In this document: piece after piece, positions 19,453-31,227 of the stretch
How the letters are laid out: each line of letters starts with the position of its first letter
Position numbering within the stretch: the stretch's first letter is position 1
Position numbers and translations under genes: made by a program
Notes under the pieces: model-generated
What the model saw: the letters and a program-made list of their open reading frames with translations, nothing else
Databases searched by the model: none
Told to the model about the DNA's origin: nothing
DNA from: Rhodanobacteraceae bacterium
GTDB lineage: Bacteria; Pseudomonadota; Gammaproteobacteria; Xanthomonadales; SZUA-5
NCBI GenBank assembly: GCA_031425695.1
Contig: JANPJV010000300.1
Span: 16,625-80,624 of the forward strand
Direction: 5' to 3'
Length of the DNA: 64,000 nucleotides

Positions 19453-20824
19453 TGGCTGTCGCCCCTGAATCTGCGGCGATCGTAAATGCGCTCCGCAGCG
19501 GCGTCGTGCCAAACGTGGGCCTCGACCAGTTCGCGACCGGGCTAGACGCGCTCGTCAACGCGGTGAACGAGGACCTCGACTTTGTCGCTGGTGGCAAAGG
19601 GCTTTCGAAATGGATTCGAGGCGAGTACGGCACCGGAAAGACCTTCGCCGCGCGCTATCTCTGTGCAAAGGCCCGCGAGCGGAAGTTCGCGTCCTCGGAA
19701 GTGCAGATCTCTATCAACGACACGCCGCTCCATCACCTGGAGACGGTCTACCGGCGGCTCATCGAGAGGCTCGAGACCTCAGCCGATGGGCCAAATGCGT
19801 TCCAGGCCATCGTCGAGGGCTGGCTCTACCAGGTTGGCGACGAGGTCACGCGGCTGCGCGGGATCTCCGAGGACGATCCCGCCTTCGCCGACGCCACCGA
19901 GCAGCGCTTGGAGGACAAGCTCGCGGACCTCTCAAAGCGCAACCCGGCGTTTGCTCAGGTGCTTCGGGCGTACCACCGCGCCACCCACGAAGGCGACTTC
20001 GCCACCGCGCAGGGTCTGCTCGCGTGGCTCGCCGGACAGCCGCACACCGATCGCTCGGTGTTGAAGTCGGCAGGCACCAAGGGCAAGGTGGATGGGCAAG
20101 CGTCGCTCACCTTTCTCGCGGGGTTGCTGCAACTGCTCCGGCAGTCGGGGTACGCCGGGCTCGTTGTCGTTCTCGACGAGGTCGAGACAGTGCAGCGCAT
20201 GATCGCGCAGACGCGCGAAAAATCGCTCAATGCGCTTCGGCAGTTCATGGACATGCTGGCTAAGGAGGAGCTACCTGGGCTCTATCTGGTTATTACGGGA
20301 ACACGCGACTTCTTTGAGGGGTACAAGGGACTGAAAGCGCTCGCGCCGTTGTACCAGCGAGTGCATGTGAACTTCAGTGAGGACGCTCGGTTCGACAATT
20401 TGAAGTCGCCACAGGTTCGGTTGATGCCGTTCAACGACGAGCGGCTGCGAATCGTCGGCACGCGCATACGGGACCTTTACCCGGCGAAAAATCCCGAGCG
20501 CCTCGCCGCGCGCGTGGACGACGCGTTTGTCCACGGGCTCGTCTCGCGAGTTACCGCCGGCTTCGGTGGCAAGGTGGCGCTCGCTCCGCGAATCTTTCTT
20601 CGCGAGCTGATCGACATCATGGATCGAGTCGATATCCACGAAACCTACGACCCAAAGACCCACTACAGTCTTGAGCTCGACGACGGCAAGCTCACACCCG
20701 AGGAGCTGGCTGCCAAGCATGGCCGGCCCGTCGAAGAGCGCGCCGAGGAGGCGACCGAGGAGCCCGGCAGAACCGAAGCCTTGGAGCCGACGCCGGGTCC
20801 GGGGCCGAGGCGGCTGGACGGGTA

Positions 20825-20825
<1 letters not shown>
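19452..20825 (+). CDS. brxD: BREX ATP-binding protein BrxD (DUF2791-like P-loop)
   Basis: 457 aa. Walker A 'GEYGTGKTF'. Walker B 'LVVVLDEVE'. TGATG junction with pglZ. Confidence 0.85.
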
Positions 20826-23566
<2,741 letters not shown>

Positions 23567-23803
23567 TTTCGTTTGACGACGACGGAGGACTGCTGGCGTC
23601 GGCTCGTGCTGCTTTCGGCCTGCTGGACCAGCTCGGGCTTCGCGAGGAAGCAACGATCCCGCTCGATATCCGACACCAGCCGCATCTTGCTGCTCACCGT
23701 GAGCGTATGGCGGTACATAAACGCGCAAGCGGGTTTCGATCCTGACGAACCCAGATAGCCTTAATCCGTCCGAACTTTTGGCACGGCCCAAAGAGGGGCA
23801 AAC

Positions 23804-24649
23804 ATGAACGCAGGTGCCAACTCGACTACCGGTCAAATTCGACGCCAACAACTGTGGGGCGCGATCTGCGCTCGACTCGACTGCTCAGAAATCGAATGGC
23901 GGCGGGTGATCGATGACATGCAGCAAGTTTCCGCTGCGGAGTCGCGTGAGGCGGGCCGGGTCTGGACGGATTCGGAGGTCTTTGAGGCCTTGCTGCGTGG
24001 CGTGCTGAGCAACAACACAGACTGGGCAAAAGTAGAGCGCGTGATCGCGGAATTATGGGATGCGTTCGCTGGGTTTGACCTTGGCACCTTCGCGGCGACA
24101 ACCGATAGCGAGATCCACAACCGCATCGTCCCATGGTTCAAACAACGCAAGGCTGGCTCCATGACGCTCCGGAGGAGTCTGTTGGGATTGCGCGACGCAG
24201 CGTTGATTCTCCGCCGCTGGTCAAACGCCCATGGGTCGGCCGAGGACTTCTTCCTCAACACCTACAGATTAAATGGCAGCGATCCCAAGCGACTAGTCGT
24301 TGCCCTCGGTTCCATTGCTAGCCAGAGAAAACTCCCAGCGATGGGAATCCCCATCGCTGCTGAGTGCGTCCGCAATCTCGGGTTTGATGTGTGCAAGCCC
24401 GATCGCCATCTTTGTCGTGCCGTCGGTGCTTTCGGGATGGTGCGCTTCCAGTCTTGGCCCGACCAAGCGAAGTCAAAGGCACCCCGGCCTACACCCGATG
24501 AGATGGTCGAAACCATGTCGCAAATTGAAAGCTTCGCCCTGCTGGTTGGCGAGCGTCCGACCTTTGTCGACAACGCGATCTGGCTGTTGTGTGCCAAGTC
24601 GGGCGTGCGTCTAAGCAATTCGGATCTCGGCGCCTTGGTAGTTGCGTGA
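23804..24649 (+). CDS. HhH-superfamily, Tag (3-methyladenine glycosylase I)-like protein (tentative)
   Basis: 281 aa with AGAGGGG before the ATG. 'WTDSEVFEALLRGVLSNNTDWAKVERVIAELWDAF' parallels the Tag 'LFE..LEG.QAGLSW..VL.KR..F..AF' region. Later 'LPAMGIPIAAECVRNLGF' is HhH-like. The Tag N-terminal zinc motif is absent. G+C is lower than BREX by eye. Confidence 0.4.
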   Translation: MNAGANSTTGQIRRQQLWGAICARLDCSEIEWRRVIDDMQQVSAAESREAGRVWTDSEVFEALLRGVLSNNTDWAKVERVIAELWDAFAGFDLGTFAATTDSEIHNRIVPWFKQRKAGSMTLRRSLLGLRDAALILRRWSNAHGSAEDFFLNTYRLNGSDPKRLVVALGSIASQRKLPAMGIPIAAECVRNLGFDVCKPDRHLCRAVGAFGMVRFQSWPDQAKSKAPRPTPDEMVETMSQIESFALLVGERPTFVDNAIWLLCAKSGVRLSNSDLGALVVA

Positions 24650-24783
24650 TCCGCACACGCTTCACCATCGGGTTCTTGATCGCTGCCCTGGGCAACCAGC
24701 CGCTCCCGAGTGGCCGTTCGGCTAGAAGGCTAGTCTTGTTTTGCGCCGTCGATCAGCCCCGCTTCCTCCGTTGTGGGGCAGGA

Positions 24784-24818
24784 CCTAAACGTGCTTTTCG
24801 GCAGTTGAGCCAAGCTCC
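24784..24818 (-). promoter_or_regulatory. fifth, degenerate copy of the GCTTGGCT..GAAC-N5-GTTC element, with leader and GGAGG but no ORF
   Basis: The minus strand reads GGAGCTTGGCTCAACTGCCGAAAAGCACGTTTAGGTCC. Spacing is identical to copy 3 (AACGCTTGGCTTCCTGCTTGAACAGCACGTTCATGTCC), with 23 of 38 positions identical. It is followed by CCCCACAACGGAGGAAGC, but every frame stops within 12 codons. Confidence 0.55.
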
Positions 24819-24869
24819 TCCAAACGGTTCCGTATCAGACGTTGCGATGCAGCCAAGCCAAGCGGACGA

Positions 24870-25385
24870 TTACTTGGTGGTGGATGCCATCTCCCTGACC
24901 CACGTTTGCAGCGCCCTCAGTTGCTCCTCCGTCTCATGGCAGGTCTGGTAGTTGGTGGCAACAGTCCCGGCGACGGCAGAGAGCGCAATGCCTGCGGCGG
25001 CCGCATCAGTATCTCGGGCGGGCTCGGGCAGCGCACCGTCGGCGGCAGCGTCGTGCAGGCGCACAAAGCCACGGTTGATAGTGCAAGCAGCATCGGCTTG
25101 TACGGGCACATAGACGGGTACCTCCTTGATGATGGTGTCGCCCTTCTCTCGGACGACACGAACGCGGTCGACGTATTGGGTGACGACCTTGACGGTGGCT
25201 TGCGCCTGCTCCTCGCCGACAGCGGCGGCCTGCAGAGCTTGTTTCTGGGCGGCGGTATCCCACTGCGCTTGAACGTGGCCCGCGCCCTTGACCCAGCCGA
25301 AGCCGACCAAGGCGAGGCCGAGCGCCGCCAAGGCCAGCAGCCGGTACGGCCACGGAATCACGCTCACGATGCCTCCCCGATGCAC
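24870..25385 (-). CDS. Rz: i-spanin (Rz-like)
   Basis: 171 aa. N-terminal TM 'LLALAALGLALVGFGWV', coiled Q/A-rich periplasmic part, 'CTINRGFVRLHDAAA'. Last gene of the lysis cassette. Confidence 0.8.
   Translation of the reverse strand: MHRGGIVSVIPWPYRLLALAALGLALVGFGWVKGAGHVQAQWDTAAQKQALQAAAVGEEQAQATVKVVTQYVDRVRVVREKGDTIIKEVPVYVPVQADAACTINRGFVRLHDAAADGALPEPARDTDAAAAGIALSAVAGTVATNYQTCHETEEQLRALQTWVREMASTTK
24917..25111 (-). CDS. Rz1: o-spanin (Rz1-like lipoprotein) embedded in the +1 frame of Rz
   Basis: 'MCPYKPMLLALSTVALCAC|TTLPP..' has a lipobox-like LCAC and a proline-rich mature part (PSPPEILMRPPQALRSLPSPGLLPP). Entirely inside Rz. Alternative start ATG 25093. Confidence 0.65.
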   Translation of the reverse strand: MCPYKPMLLALSTVALCACTTLPPTVRCPSPPEILMRPPQALRSLPSPGLLPPTTRPAMRRRSN

Positions 25386-25873
25386 TGCCGATATTCGGCC
25401 TCACGCCGTGTGGCCAGGCCGCCGCACAGCCGCGCATTGGCGGGCAGCGCGCAGTCCTTGCCTTGGAAAAATCTCCAGCGCAGCAACTCGGAACACGCCC
25501 CGGCGTAGTCCTCGGCATTGAGTTTCTTCACCAGCGTGGACTGGCAGAACGCATGGCTGCCGACGTTGAAAGAAAAGCTCACCAGCGCGTCGTACTCGTG
25601 CTGGGCTAGCGGCACGATCACGCATTGCTTGAGCGCACCCTCGAACTGCTGCAAATCGGTGAGCGCCCGAGCCAGCGCCTTCGGCGGCGTGGTGGTGTCG
25701 CCAAGCTTCACCCCTGTGGTGGCGCCGAAGCCAATGGTCGGCACATCGCCTTTGACCGGGATAACGGCGCGGTCGGTATAGCCCTCGTGCAGCAAGATGC
25801 CGACCAGCGCGGCGGCGGACAGGCTAAGACCGGCCACCGCCCTGCGCACCGCTGGAGTTGGCGGCAGGATCAT
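25364..25873 (-). CDS. GH24 phage lysozyme, SAR-endolysin type
   Basis: The track ORF extends to 26128; the internal ATG 25873 (ATGA overlap with the upstream gene) is preferred. N-terminal weakly hydrophobic 'AVAGLSLSAAALVGILL' is followed by 'HEGYTDRAV..PTIGFG' and 'YDALVSFSFNVG' lysozyme motifs. Confidence 0.85.
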   Translation of the reverse strand: MILPPTPAVRRAVAGLSLSAAALVGILLHEGYTDRAVIPVKGDVPTIGFGATTGVKLGDTTTPPKALARALTDLQQFEGALKQCVIVPLAQHEYDALVSFSFNVGSHAFCQSTLVKKLNAEDYAGACSELLRWRFFQGKDCALPANARLCGGLATRREAEYRQCIGEAS

Positions 25874-26091
25874 CGGTGCATTCCCGGCTGCGCCACGATG
25901 CGGGCAACCGTCGCGCCGATGCTGGAAGCAAAGGCCAGCAGCACAAACGCGCCACGCGGCAGCACGTCGCCGAACAGTGGCACCACCACTTCCGCAGCCG
26001 TGAGGGCAGCCGCCATAAGCGAGAATCGGATGCTCCAGGCACGGCGCAGAACCTGCCGCCAGTCGTCGAGCAGGCAGAGCTTGGGTTTCAT
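25870..26091 (-). CDS. putative (pin)holin, two TM segments
   Basis: 73 aa. 'FSLMAAALTAAEVVVPLF' and 'AFVLLAFASSIGATVARIV'. Immediately upstream of the endolysin with a 4-nt overlap. Confidence 0.6.
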   Translation of the reverse strand: MKPKLCLLDDWRQVLRRAWSIRFSLMAAALTAAEVVVPLFGDVLPRGAFVLLAFASSIGATVARIVAQPGMHR

Positions 26092-26387
26092 TGCGCGCCC
26101 CCCAACAGCTTGAGCTTAATGGCGGCACCGACCAGCAGCGCAGCCAGGATGCCGGTGGTGATGACCTTCACCATGGTTTGCCACGCCGTGCGACGGGCAT
26201 CGCGCCACGCTTCCAGGAGGTCGCGCAGCTCGCGGATGTCCTTCGCTGCGTGTCCGTTTTCCAGTCCAAGATGGGCGAGGCAACGCTCGGCGCCCCGTTG
26301 GGCAGCGATGTTCAGCAGTTCATCAAAGTCCTCGTGCCGCAACAGCAGTGTGGATTCGATGGGCGGTACATCGGTTTCTTCGGTCAT
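26088..26387 (-). CDS. lysis-cassette membrane protein (holin/antiholin candidate)
   Basis: 99 aa. Soluble N-terminal part and a single C-terminal TM 'VITTGILAALLVGAAI'. 4-nt overlap with the next gene. Confidence 0.5.
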   Translation of the reverse strand: MTEETDVPPIESTLLLRHEDFDELLNIAAQRGAERCLAHLGLENGHAAKDIRELRDLLEAWRDARRTAWQTMVKVITTGILAALLVGAAIKLKLLGGAQ

Positions 26388-26408
26388 GCTCGGTCTCCAG
26401 AAATGACG

Positions 26409-26439
26409 AAACCCGCCCAGCGGGAGCCGGAGCGGGTTT
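26409..26439 (-). terminator. hairpin between tail and lysis modules (weak terminator candidate)
   Basis: AAACCCGC..(15 nt)..GCGGGTTT, followed on the minus strand by CGTCATTTC. The loop is long and the U-tract interrupted. Confidence 0.3.
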
Positions 26440-26464
26440 CAGGGGGAAGCGGAAGGGGTGCGGC

Positions 26465-26716
26465 TTAGATGTCGATGACTTCCAGCGGCAGAGACGGCGC
26501 AACGCCTTCGACTACGCCATCGCGGACGAACACGGTCTGGCCCAGCGTGGCTTCGCCGCGTCCGTGGACCAGTCCGCCGCCCGGCAAGGCGATCACGACG
26601 CGGCTAGCGCCGATTTCGACCACGATGCCGGCTTGCAGCGGTGGATCTGGCAGCAGCTGTCGGAACTGCCGGTAGAGGTTATGCACGGCATTCCACCCCG
26701 AGGGTTTGCCAGACAT
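26465..26716 (-). CDS. small phage tail-module protein, unknown function
   Basis: 83-aa ORF, last gene of the tail block. Overlaps the 3' end of the 628-aa gene by 38 nt. Confidence 0.5.
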   Translation of the reverse strand: MSGKPSGWNAVHNLYRQFRQLLPDPPLQAGIVVEIGASRVVIALPGGGLVHGRGEATLGQTVFVRDGVVEGVAPSLPLEVIDI

Positions 26717-28565
26717 CCGGGAAGCCCGCCTCGATCCGTGTGGAGCGCACCAGGCCGAGCCGAGACACGCTGCCGTCCTGGTATTCGACGAAGGTACCCG
26801 GCTCGACGATGCCGGTCTCCGGCAGCACCGGCAGACGCAGTCCGACCTCGAACTGCTGACCGGTATCGGCCAGGATCGCGGTGCCGCGCTGGCGTGCCAC
26901 CGCCGCCTCGGTGACCAATGCGTCGACCACCATCGGCGCGATCACGTTTCCTGCCGTGCCGGTGCGCGTGACCTGACCCAGCACGCCCGCGCTCTGGCCG
27001 GATACGAACACCCGGTTGTAGGCGGGCTTCTCCAGCCAACGCAGGGACTCGCGTGAGACCGCATCGACTGGCAGAACCAGATCGGGCGTCACCGCATGCC
27101 AATCCCAGGGCGCCACCGGATAGCGATGGCGCACGCGCAGGATCGCCTCCGACGGATGCGGCAGCAGATAGCCACCGGGCGCCGCAGCAATGGCGGCCAG
27201 CGCATCGATCCAGGTGCCTTGGTGGGCGAACACGCCTGCAGGCACATTCCAATCCGTCACGCCCCAGTCGATGCTCCAGCCCAGCGGCACACCGTTGATC
27301 GTGAGTACGTCATCCATCAATTGCCGCGCGGTCCGCGGTTGTGGATTGGCGAAGGACATCACCGGCGCGTAGGGCGCGGACAACACCGCAGTGCGCCCGC
27401 GCCCGGACAGACGCAGGCTGGCCTCGCCGAAGCTGCGCTCACGGGTCAGGTTCTCCGCCAGTACGCGGAAATCGGTGCCGTTGATGTGGGCCAGCAGTTC
27501 CACCGGTGGCGCGCCGTCGGCGGGTGCAATCAAGGCTTCGGCAATAGCGGGGAGAGTCGCTTCGAAGCCCCAGGCCCAGGAGTCGACGTCGAGGCCCAGC
27601 GACAGCGAGATCACCGGCACCGGCACACCATCCGACCATCGATGCAGCGTCACATGGTTCAGCACGACATAGACCCTTCGGATCGGGACGACGACCGGGC
27701 CTTCTTGGCCAGGCCCAGGATGGTTTTCGCAGACGAACAGCAGGTGCCCGTGCGCTGCCGCCAATGCGGCAAACCGCAGGTTCGGATACGGCGTGTAGCA
27801 GGGAACGAACGGTGGATCGGGGTCATCCGGGCGTACTGGAGGGCGCCCTGGCGGCGGCCGCATTGCGTTCTGCCAGCGCGCGGCCATCCAGCGGCGCATC
27901 GCTGCGGCGACCTGGATCGCTTCGAAGAAGCGGCGGCCCGGATGAGACTGAGCCACGTCGAAACGAGAGCTGATTGGCTGACGACGATCTCGAAGGCCGT
28001 CTTGATGGCTGATTTGTCGTTGCAGCGCATCGATGCGCGCCGCGTTCGCATAAATGACCGGGCCTGCGGTGCGCAGATGGAGCGATTCACTGTGCGGAAC
28101 CCGGAGCGCGCCCGGCGATTGCTGGATTGCGCCGTGAAACCGCGCCGTCGCCGACACCGGAGCGCGCACCAATGTCGCCCCGCGCCGCGTCGTCACGTTG
28201 GCGTCGTGCGCCTGCCCACCCTGCCAATACTCGCGCGCCTGCGACGGGTGGCTAGCCGTGGATGCGGTGCGATGCTCGGCGCCGTCCTCGAACCCACACC
28301 CGCGTTGCCAAGCCGTCCTGGTGCTGCCCACCAGCGGACGCGCGGCCCGTGACGCGTAGCGCGCCTCGGCGATCAGCTCCATCGCCGGAAACGTCGCGAC
28401 CAGCGTCGCGGACGCGTTCGGAATGACCAGCGCCTCGAACCGCAGCGTCGGCAACGTGCTGACGAGTTGTGCATCGAGTGGCGGATGCGATCCGGCCGGA
28501 TCGCCACCCAGCACCAGATGCGCGCTGCCCGGTGGATGGGCGAAGCGCAGATCGACAGACGCCAT
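26679..28565 (-). CDS. phage distal tail / baseplate structural protein
   Basis: 628-aa ORF in the tail block. Called by position only; no motif recognised. Confidence 0.6.
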   Translation of the reverse strand: MASVDLRFAHPPGSAHLVLGGDPAGSHPPLDAQLVSTLPTLRFEALVIPNASATLVATFPAMELIAEARYASRAARPLVGSTRTAWQRGCGFEDGAEHRTASTASHPSQAREYWQGGQAHDANVTTRRGATLVRAPVSATARFHGAIQQSPGALRVPHSESLHLRTAGPVIYANAARIDALQRQISHQDGLRDRRQPISSRFDVAQSHPGRRFFEAIQVAAAMRRWMAARWQNAMRPPPGRPPVRPDDPDPPFVPCYTPYPNLRFAALAAAHGHLLFVCENHPGPGQEGPVVVPIRRVYVVLNHVTLHRWSDGVPVPVISLSLGLDVDSWAWGFEATLPAIAEALIAPADGAPPVELLAHINGTDFRVLAENLTRERSFGEASLRLSGRGRTAVLSAPYAPVMSFANPQPRTARQLMDDVLTINGVPLGWSIDWGVTDWNVPAGVFAHQGTWIDALAAIAAAPGGYLLPHPSEAILRVRHRYPVAPWDWHAVTPDLVLPVDAVSRESLRWLEKPAYNRVFVSGQSAGVLGQVTRTGTAGNVIAPMVVDALVTEAAVARQRGTAILADTGQQFEVGLRLPVLPETGIVEPGTFVEYQDGSVSRLGLVRSTRIEAGFPDVWQTLGVECRA

Positions 28566-28571
28566 CGGTGA

Positions 28572-28961
28572 TCACCCCAGCAGGCCCGTCAGGATGCGGG
28601 TGTAGCCGCCCGCGTACAGCGTAGTCGTGGGCAGCCGCAGCTCGGCAGTGCCGTTGAGATCGGACGCATCGCAGTCCCAGGCCAGTGCGCCCAAGCCATT
28701 GACAATGCGCGCCCACGTCACCTCTCCCGTGGTCAGGATCAGCGCTTCGTTGGTGGGCGCGATTTCGAGAACGCCATCGGCAACCGTGCCCATCGGCTCG
28801 GCCAGCACGATAGACGCCAGCAGCGGACCCTGCGGCGGAGCGCCGAAGCTCGGACGCGGACCGGCATAGAGATGGGCACGCGCCTGTTCGATACCGAGCG
28901 CCAGGAAATTGATGACACCCTGCAGCCGGTAGCTGTTGAGGTCGTTGGAGATCTCGATCAC
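28572..28961 (-). CDS. phage tail-module protein, unknown function
   Basis: 129-aa ORF, tightly packed in the tail block. Confidence 0.55.
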   Translation of the reverse strand: MIEISNDLNSYRLQGVINFLALGIEQARAHLYAGPRPSFGAPPQGPLLASIVLAEPMGTVADGVLEIAPTNEALILTTGEVTWARIVNGLGALAWDCDASDLNGTAELRLPTTTLYAGGYTRILTGLLG

Positions 28962-29929
28962 GCCGGCGCTCCCGACATCGGCTCGGCGCGCAGGTTGTCG
29001 GCGATCACCGCACGGAAGTTGTGCTTATGGTCGTAAGCGATCACAACATAGCGCGGCACCGCGCTAATCCTGTCGAAACGATAGACACCGGTGACCGGGT
29101 CGCTCCAGGTCTCGCGCACCACGGCATATGTGCGCTCATCGAACAGCAGCACCCGCCGCGACACCGGACGGTCCTCGGGCAGGTCCTTCTCTTTGACGGT
29201 GCCCGTAATGAGGTGGTCGCCGGCGTAATAGTGACTGCGCGTGCCGGTCAGACGATGGAATGCGCGATGCGAGAACCGCAGCAAGGCGGCGAGATCCGGC
29301 ACCGGCTGCGTGCGTCCCACGTTGGCGGGCAGCGCGCGGTAGTGCGCCGGAGGTGCGTCAGGCAACGCACTCGGCACGCCGCCGGCGACGCGATGGACGC
29401 GCAGAGTCAGGCCGTAACCGTAGATGCATGGACGGAAGCTCGCGTTGTGCCGCTTGTAGCCTTCCCACACCAGGTCGCCGTTTTCGCTGATGCGGTACTG
29501 CCAGATGCCGTCCACGCCGCGCTTCACGTCGATGCGAAGCGAGCGGCGGGCGCCGGTCACCGCCCACGGCGCGGATGCATGCGCAGTCATTTCGTACTGG
29601 TTGCCGCCGGCATCCCAGAAGCTGTGGTGCCACTGCTGCGCCCAAACGATCAAGCGGTGGCCCTGGTACGTGCCTGATCCGGTCCACAGCCAGAAGCCAA
29701 AGCAGGGCGAACTGTAGGTCACCGCCATGACTTCGGCGTCGATTTCGAACCAGAAGTTTTCCGCGACCTCGGCCGCATCGATACGCCAGAAGTTCTGTGC
29801 CTGCGTGAACACCAGATCGACCGCGTGAGCGGCCTCGCTCCAGGTCGCGGTGATGCCGCCAGCCCCGCCATTGCTGGCAAAGCCCGCTGGAATGCCAGCA
29901 TCGAAGCTCTCGTCCAATGGATAAGCCAT
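28958..29929 (-). CDS. phage tail-module protein (possible jelly-roll/lectin-like receptor-binding candidate)
   Basis: 323-aa ORF, W/F/Y-rich beta-type sequence. 4-nt overlap with the downstream gene. Function inferred from position only. Confidence 0.55.
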   Translation of the reverse strand: MAYPLDESFDAGIPAGFASNGGAGGITATWSEAAHAVDLVFTQAQNFWRIDAAEVAENFWFEIDAEVMAVTYSSPCFGFWLWTGSGTYQGHRLIVWAQQWHHSFWDAGGNQYEMTAHASAPWAVTGARRSLRIDVKRGVDGIWQYRISENGDLVWEGYKRHNASFRPCIYGYGLTLRVHRVAGGVPSALPDAPPAHYRALPANVGRTQPVPDLAALLRFSHRAFHRLTGTRSHYYAGDHLITGTVKEKDLPEDRPVSRRVLLFDERTYAVVRETWSDPVTGVYRFDRISAVPRYVVIAYDHKHNFRAVIADNLRAEPMSGAPA

Positions 29930-29932
29930 CGA

Positions 29933-31198
29933 TCAAGGCCTCCACGGCCCTGTGATGTCGAAGGCGAACCCGCTGGTGTTGCCCTCGTGGGCGTAGTCCA
30001 GCGTAACGATGAGGAACTTGCGCCCGGGGTAACCGAGGACCTGATCGATCAGCGTCATATGCGCGTAGGGCTGGTTCTGGTGAACCCAATACATGCCGGG
30101 CAGCATCCCTCGCATGTGGCCAGTAGTTTCGCGCAGATAGATCGGATGGAGGATCAGACCGTAGTCGGGACCGTTCGGGAACGGGATGGCGCCCGACCGA
30201 CCGGAGATGTTCTGGTTGTTGCCATCGTTCAACGAGAACAGGCCGAGGCGGACGTTGCCGCCAACTTGGGTGTAATCGCGCATGCAGATCTTGCCGGTGG
30301 TATCCAGCGAGTGCGTCGAATAGGTGTCCTGGTTCGGATAGCTGTTCGGCCAGGCACTCGCCGTTTGGTATCGATCAGAGGCGGTCAGAAATGATGCGTA
30401 GTTGTCGCCGGGCTTGTAGCTGTCGAAGTCAGTGAACGTGTAGAGCACGCGGCGATCACCACCCCAGCCGGAAGCGCAGGCGAGGAAGAAGCCACGGTCG
30501 TCACCCACGAGCACCCAACTTCGAGCACCGGCACCATTGTCACCATAGGTTTCGGCGGTGTTGTTGCGCGCGAAGTACCACTTGAACCAGCCTGAGTACA
30601 TCGTATTGCCGCTGCCTGAGGGCAGCTCGTTGCGAGTGGGGGCTGCCGGATCGAACGGTGCACGCGCTCCGACGAAGGTATCGACGTCGACCATGTCCTC
30701 GGCCAGCGTTACGCGTCCGAACTTTGCCCAGGTCGTGGTGTAGTTTTCCGGCAGGCTATCGTCGACACGCAGAAACGGTCGGGTAGAGAGCGAATTCGGG
30801 CTGCGGTAGGCGCGCTTGTTCTCGCCGGTGAAGGCGATCTCCAATCCGAGCGGCGCGATCTTGGCAGTGATGCCGAGCACCGTCGTTGCGGGCGAGACCG
30901 GCTCACCCGAAACGCTGAAGCGGATGCTGTCTGCGGTGATGGCGGTGATCGTGAATTCGCCGTTGTACGCCGGCTCCTCGCAGCCCGCGATGCGGACAAC
31001 TTGGTCGACCAGAAAGCCGTGGCCCGCACTCATGGTTGCGATGGCGGTAATGCCGTCGCGGGTCAGCCCGAGCACGGGTTTCAGATTGAAGCCGTTAACG
31101 AGTAGTGCGTCCAGTAGCGCCGTCAGGCTGCCCCAGTTGTTGGTCAGCACTGGCGCGCCCGGCATGCCGCTGTGCATCCATTTAACCTTGTTACTCAC
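29933..31198 (-). CDS. phage tail structural / fibre-associated protein
   Basis: 421-aa ORF directly after the 1201-aa tail protein. Confidence 0.6.
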   Translation of the reverse strand: MSNKVKWMHSGMPGAPVLTNNWGSLTALLDALLVNGFNLKPVLGLTRDGITAIATMSAGHGFLVDQVVRIAGCEEPAYNGEFTITAITADSIRFSVSGEPVSPATTVLGITAKIAPLGLEIAFTGENKRAYRSPNSLSTRPFLRVDDSLPENYTTTWAKFGRVTLAEDMVDVDTFVGARAPFDPAAPTRNELPSGSGNTMYSGWFKWYFARNNTAETYGDNGAGARSWVLVGDDRGFFLACASGWGGDRRVLYTFTDFDSYKPGDNYASFLTASDRYQTASAWPNSYPNQDTYSTHSLDTTGKICMRDYTQVGGNVRLGLFSLNDGNNQNISGRSGAIPFPNGPDYGLILHPIYLRETTGHMRGMLPGMYWVHQNQPYAHMTLIDQVLGYPGRKFLIVTLDYAHEGNTSGFAFDITGPWRP

Positions 31199-31227
31199 GA
31201 ATCAGACTCCTGGAAATTAGTGCCGCG

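Noticed and set aside
23567-23718. minus-strand ORF start (148 aa, 23272-23718) in the brxHI-glycosylase spacer
   Set aside because: Most of it is antisense to the brxHI exonuclease domain. The roughly 50 codons in the spacer could be a gene remnant, but there is no motif or SD to support it.
25874-26128. 85-codon N-terminal extension of the endolysin ORF
   Set aside because: It overlaps the holin gene. The internal ATG 25873 gives a SAR-type N-terminus and a 4-nt overlap with the upstream gene.
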